From positions 211,445 through 275,444 of the forward strand of contig CAWGYA010000007.1 of assembly GCA_963826715.1 (NCBI GenBank): a stretch of DNA of 64,000 bases, written 5' to 3'. Every line of letters starts with the position of its first letter. The stretch's first letter is position 1. Position numbers and translations under genes: made by a program. Origin of the DNA: Candidatus Bathyarchaeota archaeon (GTDB lineage Archaea; Thermoproteota; Bathyarchaeia; Bathyarchaeales; Bathycorpusculaceae). Below are positions 50,807-61,394 of this stretch, piece after piece. Under the pieces are notes generated by a model. The model made no database searches, was not told where the DNA came from, and worked only from the letters and a program-made list of their open reading frames with translations.

Positions 50807-51796
50807 TTAAATCTGCGTATTCTTAGGTCGAAGAAGTGTATCAGCTGCACTTTGAGCCCACAAATTATCATGCCAGAGAGCCCGTCCCACTGCCACTAAG
50901 TCTACTCTACCCTCTTCCACTATTCTATCCGCAAATTTTGGGTCTGTAATGCCGCCTACACCGATGACCGGAACCTTAACCGCCTTCTTGATTGCGCTTG
51001 CCTGTGGGATAAAGTAGCCTTCGATTTGTCGAAGTTGTTTTGGTTCGCTGCCGCACATGCCACCTGAAACATCCAAAACATCCACTCCTTTCTCTACAAG
51101 CCTTTGGGCAAAAGTAATAGCGTCTTGGATGTGTGTGCCCATAGGTGCCAAGTCATCTGAGCCCAGTCGATACAGTAGCAATCGCTCGCCAAGACATCTG
51201 CGGACACTCTCAACCACAAGTAGGGGGAATCGCATGCGATTCTCCAACGAACCCCCGAACTCATCAGTGCGCTTGTTGAGAAGAGGAGTGAAAAACTGAT
51301 TTAGCAAATAGCCGTGTGCTCCATGGAGTTCTACGCCATCAAAGCCTGCTTTAATTGCCCGCTTTGCCGCGGCAGTGAAATCGTCGACGAGGTCATAGAT
51401 CTCCGATTTTTCAAGCATGCGGGTTTTCTCTCCCTTACAAGGACCCACAGGGGTTGTGCCTATGACTCTTTTGTTTGTGACTGCGCCTGAATGGCTGAGC
51501 TGTACTACAGCAGGAGCCCCCATTGTGTGTATGCCCTCTGCAAGTTTCTCAAACCCACCGATTATGCTATCGTTGTAGATACCTAGCTGTTTTGGTCCGA
51601 TTTTACCCATAGTGGAAACGTAAGCATGCTCAACGATCGGTAGACCTACCGCACTAGAGCGCCGAACATAGAAGTTAATGAGTTTACTTGTGACTTCGCC
51701 TTCAAAAGAAGCTCGTCCTGATTGCATCGGAGGCATCACTATGCGGTTGCGAAATGTAATATGCTTAACCGTTAGAGGCGTTAGTAATCCAACCAA
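50807..51796 (-). CDS. NADH:flavin oxidoreductase (Old Yellow Enzyme family)
   Basis: RNRIVMPPM, GFDGVELHGAHGYLLNQF, RTDEFGGSLENR. Confidence 0.92.
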   Translation of the reverse strand: MVGLLTPLTVKHITFRNRIVMPPMQSGRASFEGEVTSKLINFYVRRSSAVGLPIVEHAYVSTMGKIGPKQLGIYNDSIIGGFEKLAEGIHTMGAPAVVQLSHSGAVTNKRVIGTTPVGPCKGEKTRMLEKSEIYDLVDDFTAAAKRAIKAGFDGVELHGAHGYLLNQFFTPLLNKRTDEFGGSLENRMRFPLLVVESVRRCLGERLLLYRLGSDDLAPMGTHIQDAITFAQRLVEKGVDVLDVSGGMCGSEPKQLRQIEGYFIPQASAIKKAVKVPVIGVGGITDPKFADRIVEEGRVDLVAVGRALWHDNLWAQSAADTLLRPKNTQI

Positions 51797-51865
51797 ACCT
51801 ACACCAACGCCCTCTATGGCTCCTCGGAATAATATAAAAACTATCTTTCAAGATGCAAAATGTTT

Positions 51866-52072
51866 CTATCTACTTTTCTTTATAGATTGACTGACTATTT
51901 CCTCTTCCTCTATGCTTTTCTGCATTAGACTTCGTATTGCTTCATTAATATTGCCATTGAAGTAGGGTCTAACGATTTTAACAGCGAATTCTTTGAGCAT
52001 CTCGGCGGAGAAGTTGTGGAATGTCAACGATACAAGTAGCTCTTCTTCTTCAGCTATTTGCTTTTGAGTCAT
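51866..52072 (-). CDS. Small protein, possibly ribbon-helix-helix
   Basis: Strand-helix-helix pattern SLTFHNF..EMLKEF..GNINEAIRSLM. Confidence 0.55.
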   Translation of the reverse strand: MTQKQIAEEEELLVSLTFHNFSAEMLKEFAVKIVRPYFNGNINEAIRSLMQKSIEEEEIVSQSIKKSR

Positions 52073-52369
52073 GGCCTTTTCACATTTGCCATCTATGGCT
52101 AAATTGCTTTTAATGGGCTTCCTCCAAACGACACTGTACATCTGGGGAGAGGTCGATGAAAGTAACTGTGTTATTGGCAGGTATCTTTTGCGAAGTTGCA
52201 GCTATCCTTTTGGAGGATTTTCTATGCTATTGGAAAACTGGAAGGACCCGTATAGAATTTGGCATAAAAACACTTCAGAGGCATTAAGCTATCTAATACT
52301 GGATAATTGCGTGTTTACCAAGGAAGCTATTTGTAATAAAAAAGATTTGTAGCCAGAAATTGGTGATGG

Positions 52370-53788
52370 CTATTGGGTAAAAGCCATAGGCCAATTCGGT
52401 GGCGCTTTGTTAAGCTCTTGCTTTTTTATGTGAATGGCAGCAACAGTTGCACCAACGTTTTTCTCTTCCACGACAAGAATAATCTGTGAAGTATGAGGCG
52501 CAAAGATGCCTCGTTTGATATTTATTCCTGATATTGCCCCAATTGCCAGAGAAGCAATTCCTGGCGAATCCTTCATGCGATCGCCAATAAGTGTAACCAC
52601 ACCGAGACCATATTCAATTCGCAAGTTCTCATCAAAGCCCTTGAGTTTCTCCTCATTTCTCTTAAGAAATTCGCTATCTAGAAAGAGAAAGTCGCGGATT
52701 CGCTCACCTGTCTCCATAGTTTCCGCTCCAAGGTCCAAGAAGTCGTTTCTGCGCTCCCAAATCCGCAGACTATCTTCGAGACTTCGACTTTTTTCATCAT
52801 TCATGGAAAGGATAGCGCAACCAGATTTGCCTGTTAAGCATTTCACGGTTTCGTCGCCCTTGTTTTTTGCCTCAATCACTGAAACGTTTGCTGGTTCGTC
52901 AATTGGGACAATTGTTAAGGGTTGAGCAAAATGTCTTGCAGTAGAGATCGCGGGACCCATAACGATTTTCATGCCCATCAAAGATGCTTTGTGGGCTTCA
53001 TTGTAGGTTAATGCTTTGACATGTTCGGTTGTTTGTCCTTTTACCACTTTAGGGTCGGCACTCTGCACGGGGACGTCTTTATAGAGTAACGTATTTGTAG
53101 CGTAGGAGTTTTTCAGTAGACATGATGCGAACACAGCGGTTAAATCTGAACCTCCTCTTCCCAAGATAGTTTCCAGCCCATCCTGGGTGACGCCAAAGAA
53201 ACCCGCTAAACAAACAACCTTACCTGCTTCGATAGGGTTAGTTAGACTGCGTAGCCTTTTTTTACTTAGGTCAAAGCTTGGCACAGCGTCTTCAAAGTTA
53301 TCGTCGGTGACTACGGGCCAATTTTCTGTTGGGAGGCAGTAAGAGTCTACGCCATTACTTTTGAGAATATAATCCATAAGCATAGACATGGCAAGCTCAC
53401 CCCCTATTGTGAGGGTACGGGCTTTGATGTTTCCATTGAAACGTTTGTTGACTGAATCAAGTGCAGTTTGAGCGAGTGCTTTATAGTTGGATAGTTCATT
53501 CTGAGCCTTTTTTTTCCATTCACTGCTAACATATAGATTTGCTAAGTGCTCGTAAACATCAAAAACAGGCTCCAAAGGCAAACCGCATCCCTGCGCGTGA
53601 GATTCGCCAATTCTAATTAAAGCATTAGTGCAACCCATTGGTGCTGAAAACACAGCTATGGGTCCATTGCCATCTTTTTCTTTAATTGATTTGATTTGCT
53701 CTATGATTTTTGGGATTCCTTTGCCTTCTGCGTCAAGGAGGCTGCCGCCAAATTTAGCTACAGAGAGAGTTTTGAAAGGGCATTCCAC
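52370..53788 (-). CDS. Aspartate kinase family protein with C-terminal ACT domain
   Basis: VAKFGGS, IGGE, LGRGGSDLTA, SADPK, VTLIGDRM. Confidence 0.85.
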   Translation of the reverse strand: MECPFKTLSVAKFGGSLLDAEGKGIPKIIEQIKSIKEKDGNGPIAVFSAPMGCTNALIRIGESHAQGCGLPLEPVFDVYEHLANLYVSSEWKKKAQNELSNYKALAQTALDSVNKRFNGNIKARTLTIGGELAMSMLMDYILKSNGVDSYCLPTENWPVVTDDNFEDAVPSFDLSKKRLRSLTNPIEAGKVVCLAGFFGVTQDGLETILGRGGSDLTAVFASCLLKNSYATNTLLYKDVPVQSADPKVVKGQTTEHVKALTYNEAHKASLMGMKIVMGPAISTARHFAQPLTIVPIDEPANVSVIEAKNKGDETVKCLTGKSGCAILSMNDEKSRSLEDSLRIWERRNDFLDLGAETMETGERIRDFLFLDSEFLKRNEEKLKGFDENLRIEYGLGVVTLIGDRMKDSPGIASLAIGAISGINIKRGIFAPHTSQIILVVEEKNVGATVAAIHIKKQELNKAPPNWPMAFTQ

Positions 53789-53997
53789 CTATAATCGATG
53801 GTAACAGAATCTGGCATGCGGTTAAATAAATTTTCTAGTTAATCCACTAAAATGAGCTTTTAATTTTTGAGTCAAATTCATGCTTATATAACTGTTACAA
53901 TGGAGAAGATCACGGAACATAGTCAGTTGGTGCCAATTCGTTAACCACTAAGTTAACTTAAAAAGTCGCTCGGCATAACCAAGTAAGGCGATGCGAT

Positions 53998-54789
53998 ATG
54001 GACTTGCTGCAATCCATAACCTTAGGTTTAATTCAGGGCACAACCGAATGGCTGCCTATCAGCAGTACAGGTCACCTTCGAGTCGCTGAATACTTCTTTG
54101 GATTAAGTGTGCCGCTGCTTTTTGATGTCCTGCTCCATGCGGGCACTCTGTTCGTAACATTGATTTATTTCAGGGGAACCATCAAAAATTTACTGCTTTC
54201 TCTTTGGCATCGAAACTTCCACTCAGCTAATGGAAAACTAATTGTGCCAATAATTATTGGTTCTATTCCTACGGCTATTATAGCATTTTTAGCTGGGGAT
54301 TGGTTGGACTCTTACTTTAGCAACTTGTTTTGGCTAGGTGCATGGTTCATAGTAAGCGGTGCTCTACTATTTGCAACAAAATATAGTTCTGAACGAAGAG
54401 ATTCGATAAGTGTTCCCGCGGCTCTGTTTGTCGGAATCATGCAGGGGTTATCTATTATCCCCAGTGCCTCTAGAAGCGGCTTCACTATCGCTGCACTATT
54501 ATTGCTCGGTGTAAAGCAGGAGATAGCCTTCAAATTTTCTTTTCTACTCTCAATACCATCAATAATAGGGGCTGTGGGCTTAACGCTCTATCAAGAGCAT
54601 GGTTCACTTTCTATTGCTGGAATCGGTAACTTGGAAATCATAGTAGCGCTTGGCGTTGCAGTGGCAATTAGTTTTGTAGCTCTTAAAATATTGGAAAAGA
54701 GTTTGGAGAAAAAGAAATTCTACTTATTCTCCATTTACTGCTTTGTAATAGGTGTTGTGATGTTGGCATTGAGTTTAATGGGTTTTTAG
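53998..54789 (+). CDS. uppP: Undecaprenyl-diphosphate phosphatase (BacA family)
   Basis: GLIQGTTEWLPISSTGH, PSASRSG, FSFLLSIP. Confidence 0.92.
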   Translation: MDLLQSITLGLIQGTTEWLPISSTGHLRVAEYFFGLSVPLLFDVLLHAGTLFVTLIYFRGTIKNLLLSLWHRNFHSANGKLIVPIIIGSIPTAIIAFLAGDWLDSYFSNLFWLGAWFIVSGALLFATKYSSERRDSISVPAALFVGIMQGLSIIPSASRSGFTIAALLLLGVKQEIAFKFSFLLSIPSIIGAVGLTLYQEHGSLSIAGIGNLEIIVALGVAVAISFVALKILEKSLEKKKFYLFSIYCFVIGVVMLALSLMGF

Positions 54790-56190
54790 CCAAACCGGCT
54801 TTCCCGACAGAAATTTTGTTAGGAAAACTGCGAAATCCGAGTTTTCAGTGTAACTCTTTAGCACTTGTTTATCGCACAGAATTTTTAATTCTTCTTGCAA
54901 TGCTTTTACAACCAATTCTGCTACGCCAGCGTTTTTGCCTCCGTCAGCAAGCTTTTCTTTCAATAGTGCCACTGCATCAGTAAATTTGCGGGGTATCTCG
55001 ACAACCCAGCGTCCGTCTTCTACATATGGACCCGCTACCAGTTCTTTGCCGGTATATTTGGAAAGGAATTTCGTGCATTCGTCCCCCCGTTCAAGTTGGG
55101 GTCCCAGATGCTTCTTTACGTTGGGTAATAAGTGTTGTTCAAGCTCAAATGCGAAGATGTTAAGGGATTTTTCATTACTCCATGTTGCGTCTCTTAGCAC
55201 TCGAAAATCATTTGTTTCTAATAGTTTGCGGAGGGCACGTTTGGAGCGGTAGAGTTGCCCCCAAAGAACGTCTGGCACAGTATCCAACTCTCCGATCACT
55301 AAATACAAGTGAGAAGAATTTTCGCCTGAAAGATGGCTTTCTACAATGTTGGGCGGTAACGCATGTATTGGACGTGGATAGAAGAATTCCTCACTTGGAT
55401 TAGACAAAAATGCTCTTGTTGCTGCAATGAATTCGTAAAGTTTCTGGGTTCGCACTGCGGAGGCTACGTTTCTGCCTGCATCAACAGGGTCCACAATCAC
55501 CAGCGGCTCAGTAAACAGCATCTCAAGATCTTTCGTGCGATGGATATAGACGTCTTCCATGTCAATTATAATACGTTGACTGTATGCTGCAAAAGCTTCG
55601 ATTACTTTGTCAAACGAGCCATACTTCATAACCAGCAGTTCACAGAGGTAACCGCTGAAGCCGCCGACTTTAATTTCTGCACCATAAACACCAATACCTT
55701 GCATGAAACGCTTTAGAAGCCGAACCTGACCATGCAGCTGCTCTTTCAGATGTTTTTTAATATAGTCGGTGTGGTATGGGGTGCGGTCTGTGGCGCTTTG
55801 CCACTCACCAGGCTTGGTCTCATAGCATGGCACGATATCCACGCGGTAGCCATCGGTGAAAATTTCAAGATAAGGATGCTCCGCGAAGCGCTCAAGCTGT
55901 TCTGCATCTCCTGAGGCGATTTTAGCGATTTTTAGACCTATTTCGCCAAGGTTTTGGCGGGGAATTGAGATAGGTAGCCTAATAAAAATATCTATATCGG
56001 GGTTCTCAGCTAGCCAGGTATCCTTGGCGACGGATCCCTCTACTCTAACCGTGGCAATTATGCCTTCGGCTTTAGCGACTTCGGCGATTTTCTTTTCAAG
56101 TTTACGGCTAAGGGTATCAACTCTGGCGCGTTCCTGATCTTTTGGTGTAATTTTTTCTAATATCCGTTTGTTTAATTCTTCAAATTCCAT
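54775..56190 (-). CDS. cca: CCA-adding tRNA nucleotidyltransferase (class I)
   Basis: GSVAKDTW..DIDIF, AEHPY, DRTPYH, GFSGYLCELL; ATG at 56190. Confidence 0.95.
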   Translation of the reverse strand: MEFEELNKRILEKITPKDQERARVDTLSRKLEKKIAEVAKAEGIIATVRVEGSVAKDTWLAENPDIDIFIRLPISIPRQNLGEIGLKIAKIASGDAEQLERFAEHPYLEIFTDGYRVDIVPCYETKPGEWQSATDRTPYHTDYIKKHLKEQLHGQVRLLKRFMQGIGVYGAEIKVGGFSGYLCELLVMKYGSFDKVIEAFAAYSQRIIIDMEDVYIHRTKDLEMLFTEPLVIVDPVDAGRNVASAVRTQKLYEFIAATRAFLSNPSEEFFYPRPIHALPPNIVESHLSGENSSHLYLVIGELDTVPDVLWGQLYRSKRALRKLLETNDFRVLRDATWSNEKSLNIFAFELEQHLLPNVKKHLGPQLERGDECTKFLSKYTGKELVAGPYVEDGRWVVEIPRKFTDAVALLKEKLADGGKNAGVAELVVKALQEELKILCDKQVLKSYTENSDFAVFLTKFLSGKPVWLKTH

Positions 56191-56201
56191 ATTTTTGGCC
56201 T

Positions 56202-56765
56202 TCAAGGGCAATATTCTTTGAGGGTAGTGTACGTTGGACCCTTTGGCGATATTTGACTTTTCTTGAGTCGTAGACATTCGGCGCGAATGTTGCCGAAGTC
56301 ATAGTTTTCTTGGCGTTGTACCAAATCAACCAGTCGTTGCTTGTTGGCTCCGCTGCGAACTCTAGCAATTGTAAGATGAGGGCTGAAGCCGTTTGGTTCG
56401 GGCGTAAAGCCTAAATCGTGTATTTGGGGTTCAAGCTGTTCAAAGATGCTTTTAAGCTGATTTGCGCCGTCAGTTATCCCTGCCCAAACCACTCTGGGGT
56501 AATTCATTGTGGGAAAAACGCCCATTCCAGATAGTTGAATGTTGAAGGGAGTGAATTTGATGTTTTTCATGGTGTCATAAACTTTCTCCACCATCTCTAA
56601 GTTAATTGCGCCCAGAAAACGGACGGTGACGTGAATGTTTTTGGGTTCGACCAGTTTGAGGTCTGCGTTGGTTTGTATCAGCATTTTCTGTGCGGCGGCA
56701 AGCCTGTTCAAAACGCTGTCATTATCAATGTCGAAAGCTATGAAGCTTCTTATTTGTTCGGACAT
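56202..56765 (-). CDS. thpR: RNA 2',3'-cyclic phosphodiesterase (2H family)
   Basis: RSFIA, HVTVRFLG, PHLTIARV. Confidence 0.92.
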   Translation of the reverse strand: MSEQIRSFIAFDIDNDSVLNRLAAAQKMLIQTNADLKLVEPKNIHVTVRFLGAINLEMVEKVYDTMKNIKFTPFNIQLSGMGVFPTMNYPRVVWAGITDGANQLKSIFEQLEPQIHDLGFTPEPNGFSPHLTIARVRSGANKQRLVDLVQRQENYDFGNIRAECLRLKKSQISPKGPTYTTLKEYCP

Positions 56766-56858
56766 ATGCGATCTTCAAGTAATTTAAAAACGTAACCTTA
56801 CATAAATGCTTTTTAATAAAAGGAGAGCTGCTATACATCCAAAAAAGGGTAAGTTACA

Positions 56859-57425
56859 ATGGATACTGACAAACTCATAGTGGGCTTAGGTGGTATGCCT
56901 GGTTCAGGCAAATCCATAGTTGTTGAAACTGCCAAAGAAATCGGCTATAGCATTGTCACAATGGGTGATGTAATACGCGAGCAAACTCGGTTGCGTGGTC
57001 TTGAACCGACCCCCCAGAACATAGGCAAGGTTATGTTAGAGCTGCGTGCGGAGGGCGGCAACTATGTAATTGCTCAAAAATGCATCCCAAAAATCGAGGT
57101 TCAACCCAGTCGTTGCATCCTCGTCGATGGCTTACGCAGTCTATTTGAAGCGGAAATATTCAAACAGCACTTTCCAAGCTTCACATTAGTTGCGGTTCAT
57201 GCGCCGCCAACTGTTAGGTTTGAGCGTCTTAGGATTCGTTGTAGAAGCGACGATCCCCCGAACTGGGCTGTTTTCCTTGAGCGAGATATGCGGGAGCTTG
57301 GCGTTGGTTTAGGGAACGTTATTGCGATGGCGGAGAAAATAATAATTAACGACGACAGCATAGATGGCTTTAGGGCACTTATTAAAGAAAATTTTAGCAG
57401 GATTGAGAAGACATGGTTGAAGTAG
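56859..57425 (+). CDS. UPF0200 / dephospho-CoA-kinase-like P-loop protein
   Basis: GMPGSGKS, MGDVIRE, DGLRS, RDMREL. Confidence 0.8.
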   Translation: MDTDKLIVGLGGMPGSGKSIVVETAKEIGYSIVTMGDVIREQTRLRGLEPTPQNIGKVMLELRAEGGNYVIAQKCIPKIEVQPSRCILVDGLRSLFEAEIFKQHFPSFTLVAVHAPPTVRFERLRIRCRSDDPPNWAVFLERDMRELGVGLGNVIAMAEKIIINDDSIDGFRALIKENFSRIEKTWLK

Positions 57426-57820
57426 AAGTGTTTGTGGAAACCGAAGTTAACTCCACAGAAGAGGAAGCCAAAGTTCGCTTGGCAATAAATAATGTGGTTG
57501 GCAATGTCGAATTCGCATTAAAACCCGCTGCAAAAGGGGACGTTCTAAGTGCCCATGCAAAAGGACAAAACTCTTTGGTTAAACTTCGCAACCTCATAAG
57601 GAACGACCTTATCCGTGACGCGGCAAGACGTCTGCTTTTCAAATCAATTCATGGTAATAAAATAAGTTTTTTCCTAAACAAACAAGTTGCTTTTGCAGGT
57701 CATGTTTCCTTCTCAGAAGAGACAGCGGAGTCTCCACTAGGACCTATCCGATTCACAATAGAAACAGATAATCCGCCCCAGATAGTGGAATGGTTGGCAG
57801 AAAAAACCCGTGAAGGATGA
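57413..57820 (+). CDS. UPF0201 RNA-binding domain protein
   Basis: TEEEAKV, IRDAAR, LNKQVAFAG, ESPLGPI. Confidence 0.85.
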   Translation: MVEVEVFVETEVNSTEEEAKVRLAINNVVGNVEFALKPAAKGDVLSAHAKGQNSLVKLRNLIRNDLIRDAARRLLFKSIHGNKISFFLNKQVAFAGHVSFSEETAESPLGPIRFTIETDNPPQIVEWLAEKTREG

Positions 57821-57823
57821 ATT

Positions 57824-58849
57824 TTGGCTGAGAGGGCTCTGGTAACTAAAAGCGGTGCGATTCTGTTAGGGGATCATGTCGCCTGCGATGCTTTTGACGG
57901 GACGCGCCCACTACGTGTTGTGACGCATGCACATGCCGATCATCTCTATGGGTTACGCAGAAGTCTCAAGAGCTGCCAGAAAGTTATCATGACTAAAGCT
58001 ACCCGCGATCTAACTGAAACCCTTCATGATTCCCTCAAACTTCAAGATTCACCTATAGAAACCCTCGAATATGGCAAAGCTCTGGAATTTGGCGGGGAAA
58101 AAATTACTTTGTTAAAAGCTGACCACATTTTGGGGGCGTGCCAAGTTCTAGTGGAGGATGCAGGAGGCATTCGGATTGCATGGTCAGGCGATTTCCGTTT
58201 AGAAGGCACTGAAGCGGTAGACTGTGATGTTCTCGTTGTTGAAGCCACATATGGCAGCCCCTCATGCCGTCGAAATTTCGACGTTGATGTACGGGAGCTA
58301 TTGGTGTCGATGGTTGAGAAACGCCTGCGTGGAGGAGCCGTCTATGTTTTTGGTTACCATGGTAAACTTCAAGAAGTCATGCAGATTCTGCGTAACGCCG
58401 ACGTGCAGGTTCCCTTCGTAACTCCCGAACGAGTATATGAAGTCACTAAGGTTTGCGAGAGACATGGCATGAATCTTGGTTGCCTCTCACTTTCAACCGA
58501 CAAAGATGGACATGAACTCTTGGACGGAAACTTGCCTTGTGTCGCTTTCTATCACATGAACCAACGGCAGCATGTGGGATTACATAACTCGCGTATTTGT
58601 GTAAGTGGCTGGGAATTTCAACGGCCTTGTCGTCAGATAGGCGACCGTGAACACCTCATAGCTTTAAGCGATCACTCCGATTTCGACGGGCTAATTGAAT
58701 ATGTGAAACGGACTCGCGCCAAAAAAGTTATCACTGATAACTATCGAAGCAATGGTAGTGCATTAGCTAAGGAAATTAGAAGACGTCTAGGTGTTTGTGC
58801 TATTGCCCAACCGATAGCCCCCGGCAAAACTACACAAACTACTCTGTAA
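57824..58849 (+). CDS. Metallo-beta-lactamase-fold nuclease
   Basis: THAHADH, ADHILG, SGDF, EATYG, LSDHSDF. Confidence 0.85.
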   Translation: MAERALVTKSGAILLGDHVACDAFDGTRPLRVVTHAHADHLYGLRRSLKSCQKVIMTKATRDLTETLHDSLKLQDSPIETLEYGKALEFGGEKITLLKADHILGACQVLVEDAGGIRIAWSGDFRLEGTEAVDCDVLVVEATYGSPSCRRNFDVDVRELLVSMVEKRLRGGAVYVFGYHGKLQEVMQILRNADVQVPFVTPERVYEVTKVCERHGMNLGCLSLSTDKDGHELLDGNLPCVAFYHMNQRQHVGLHNSRICVSGWEFQRPCRQIGDREHLIALSDHSDFDGLIEYVKRTRAKKVITDNYRSNGSALAKEIRRRLGVCAIAQPIAPGKTTQTTL

Positions 58850-58916
58850 TTATACGTTTGAGGCTAAGTTAGTTAAAGTTTAAAAGCCAAAAACCGTTTT
58901 CTCTCTTCCCAAGTGA

Positions 58917-60194
58917 ATGAGTATGGCTAAGTCATCAGTTATTTCAGGCTTCTACAAGCTTTCCCCTAAAGCACGCCTGGAAATAGTTGCCGATTTCGCG
59001 GGTTTAACAGCCGAAGAAGTCCAGTTTCTACAGCAATCTTCATCCTTACCCGTTGAAGTAGCCGACCATATGGTGGAAAACTTAATCGGGGTATTTCCGG
59101 AGCCCATGGGAGTAGCCGTAAATTTTCAAGTCAACGGCAAAGATTACCTTATTCCAATGGCAACAGAGGAACCTAGCGTTATCGCAGCTGCCAGTTATGC
59201 GGCGAAAATGGTGCGAGACGGAGGAGGTTTTAAAACCAGCAGCACTTCCCCCGTTATGATAGGGCAAATTCAAGTTGTTAAAGTAGATGATGCTGAAAAT
59301 TCAAAGAAGGCCATTCTTGGTGCCAAAGTTGAAATTCTCAAAAAAGCTAACGAGCAGGACCCTATCCTTAACAATTTTGGAGGAGGTGCAAAGGATCTCG
59401 ACGCTCGAGTTATTAACACCTCTATGGGAAAAATGGTTATTGTGCATCTATATGTGGATTGTCGAGATGCTATGGGCGCCAACGCCGTTAACACAATGTG
59501 CGAAGCCGTTGCTCCAATGATTGAAATTCTTAGCGGTGGACACGTTTATCTTCGCATCATATCTAACTTAGCAGTAAGACGTCTCGCTAAAGCCAAATGT
59601 ACTGTGCCTAAAGAAGCAGTCGGTGGTGCTGAAGTTGTTGAGGGGATAGTATACGCCTCAGCTTTTGCAGCGGCAGATCCATACCGGGCGGCTACCCATA
59701 ATAAGGGCGCAATGAATGGCATGATAGCTGTGGTTTTGGCAACAGGTAACGATCACCGCGCCATTGAAGCTGGGGGGCACGCATATGCCGCTTTAAATGG
59801 ATCTTACACTACTTTTTCGAAGTGGACTAAAAATGCGTCCGGCGATTTGGATGGGGAAATCGAATTGCCCATGGCAGTTGGTTTGATCGGGGGCGCTGTT
59901 AAAACTCATCCGATAGCCAAAATTGCCATGAAAATTTTAGATGTGAAAAGCGCCAATGAATTTGCCGAAGTTTTGGCTGCAGTAGGTTTGGCTCAAAACC
60001 TTGCAGCTTTGCGTGCACTTTCAAGCGAGGGGATTCAGCGTGGTCATATGTCCCTTCATGCTCGCAATATTGCAGTAAACGCAGGTGCAAAAGGCACGCA
60101 AATAGACTTGGTTGCGGAACGCATGGTTCGAGAGAAGAAAGTCCGGATGGATCATGCCAAAGAAATCTTGGATGAGTTAAACAGTAACAAGTAG
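58917..60194 (+). CDS. mvaA: Hydroxymethylglutaryl-CoA reductase, class II
   Basis: ENLIG, ATEEPSVIAA, DAMGAN, ATHNKG, EGIQRGHM. Confidence 0.92.
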   Translation: MSMAKSSVISGFYKLSPKARLEIVADFAGLTAEEVQFLQQSSSLPVEVADHMVENLIGVFPEPMGVAVNFQVNGKDYLIPMATEEPSVIAAASYAAKMVRDGGGFKTSSTSPVMIGQIQVVKVDDAENSKKAILGAKVEILKKANEQDPILNNFGGGAKDLDARVINTSMGKMVIVHLYVDCRDAMGANAVNTMCEAVAPMIEILSGGHVYLRIISNLAVRRLAKAKCTVPKEAVGGAEVVEGIVYASAFAAADPYRAATHNKGAMNGMIAVVLATGNDHRAIEAGGHAYAALNGSYTTFSKWTKNASGDLDGEIELPMAVGLIGGAVKTHPIAKIAMKILDVKSANEFAEVLAAVGLAQNLAALRALSSEGIQRGHMSLHARNIAVNAGAKGTQIDLVAERMVREKKVRMDHAKEILDELNSNK

Positions 60195-60398
60195 TTTTTA
60201 CTCTTGCAGGATCAATTTTTATTTTTTTCTTGTTAGGTATCCGCGATTCACGCAATAGTGTATTTGTGCACTTTTTCTGGTTGTTGCTTTGAGTTAATGA
60301 TATTTAGGCGAATTTAGCCTCATTTGGTATTTAGGCTCCAGAAAAAGCGTTATCACATATGTATTTTAAAGGGAAGGGGGATCTCTTTTGAAGACAGC

Positions 60399-61092
60399 TT
60401 ATTCCAGGATGATTCTTGCATCAACAGTTATTGCGCCTTTTGGGTATGCCATGACGGGGTTTAAGTCAAGTTCTTTGATTTCAGGGTATTTCATAATTAA
60501 CCGTGATGTGTTGCAGAGTATGTTGATGAGTGCGTCTATGTCTGCTGGTTCTGCTCCACGGTATCCGTTTAGTAAAGGGTACGCCTTTAGTTTGGTTATC
60601 ATTTCTTTTGCCTCCTCTGAGGTGAGGGGGGCAATACGAAAATTCACATCTTTTAGAAGTTCCACAAAAATGCCTCCTAAACCGAACATTACTGTTTGGC
60701 CGAATTGAGGATCTTTAATTGCGCCGACGATGACTTCTATTCCCTGAGGGCCATTTCCTGCACAAGAACACCAACAATTTTGGCGTCGGGTTTGTACTTT
60801 TTGGCGTTTTCAATTATTGTTCTGTAGGCTGTTTCAACTTCAGCCGCGGTTTTTAGGTTAACTTTGACGCCTCCAGCATCTGATTTATGGCTGATGTCGG
60901 GAGAGACTATTTTGAGTACTATTGGATACCGATTTGTTCTGCTTGTGCAGCGGCTTCCTTTTCGCTTTTGGCGAGGTTAAATTTGTTAACTGGGATCTTG
61001 TATTCTGCGCAGATGGTTTTTGCTTCAGTTTCCAGAAGTGCGTGTCGACCTTCGTTTTTGGCTTGGTTGATAATTTTTGTGGTTTGGTTCAC
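60399..61092 (-). pseudogene. Acetate--CoA ligase (ADP-forming) beta subunit, two -1 frameshifts as assembled
   Basis: LLETEAK / GYPIVLKIVSPDISHKSDAGGV / MFGLGGIFVE..ELDLNP..VDARI are restored by adding one base near 60927 and one near 60749. Confidence 0.8.
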
Positions 61093-61190
61093 ATTAATTC
61101 TTCCGTTGGCATGTGTTTGTTTATTGGATGTTTTGGGGGGTTTAAAAATCGTTTTGTTGTTGTTGCGTATTTTTGCTTGTTTTAGGTTCA

Positions 61191-61270
61191 GTTGTGTAGT
61201 TGTTGAACACATTACTTCCAGTGTTTATTGAGACATAATACTTAATAGTGATTCTTAGAAAAATAATATA
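61191..61270 (+). repeat. Diverged ~80-bp intergenic repeat, copy 1
   Basis: tgagacataatacttaatagtgattct matches tgagacataatccctaatagttgtattct at ~63799. Confidence 0.6.
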
Positions 61271-61394
61271 TCAGCCCCCCAAAACTGGCCACTGATCCTT
61301 TCAAATAACAATTCAAAATCAATTACAACAAAACCTCCCAATAACAGCATCACCCAAAAAATCAAAACAAAAATAAAAAAACAGGTGAAAAATC

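Noticed and set aside
2571-60708. Many short ORFs in the track that overlap or are antisense to longer genes (e.g. 6140-6610, 29704-30165, 36246-36776, 52506-52925)
   Set aside because: Shadow frames of well-supported genes, with no independent motifs
60740-60930. Programmed ribosomal frameshifting in ACD beta
   Set aside because: No slippery heptamer, two independent shifts would be needed, and the neighbouring gene shows the same indel pattern
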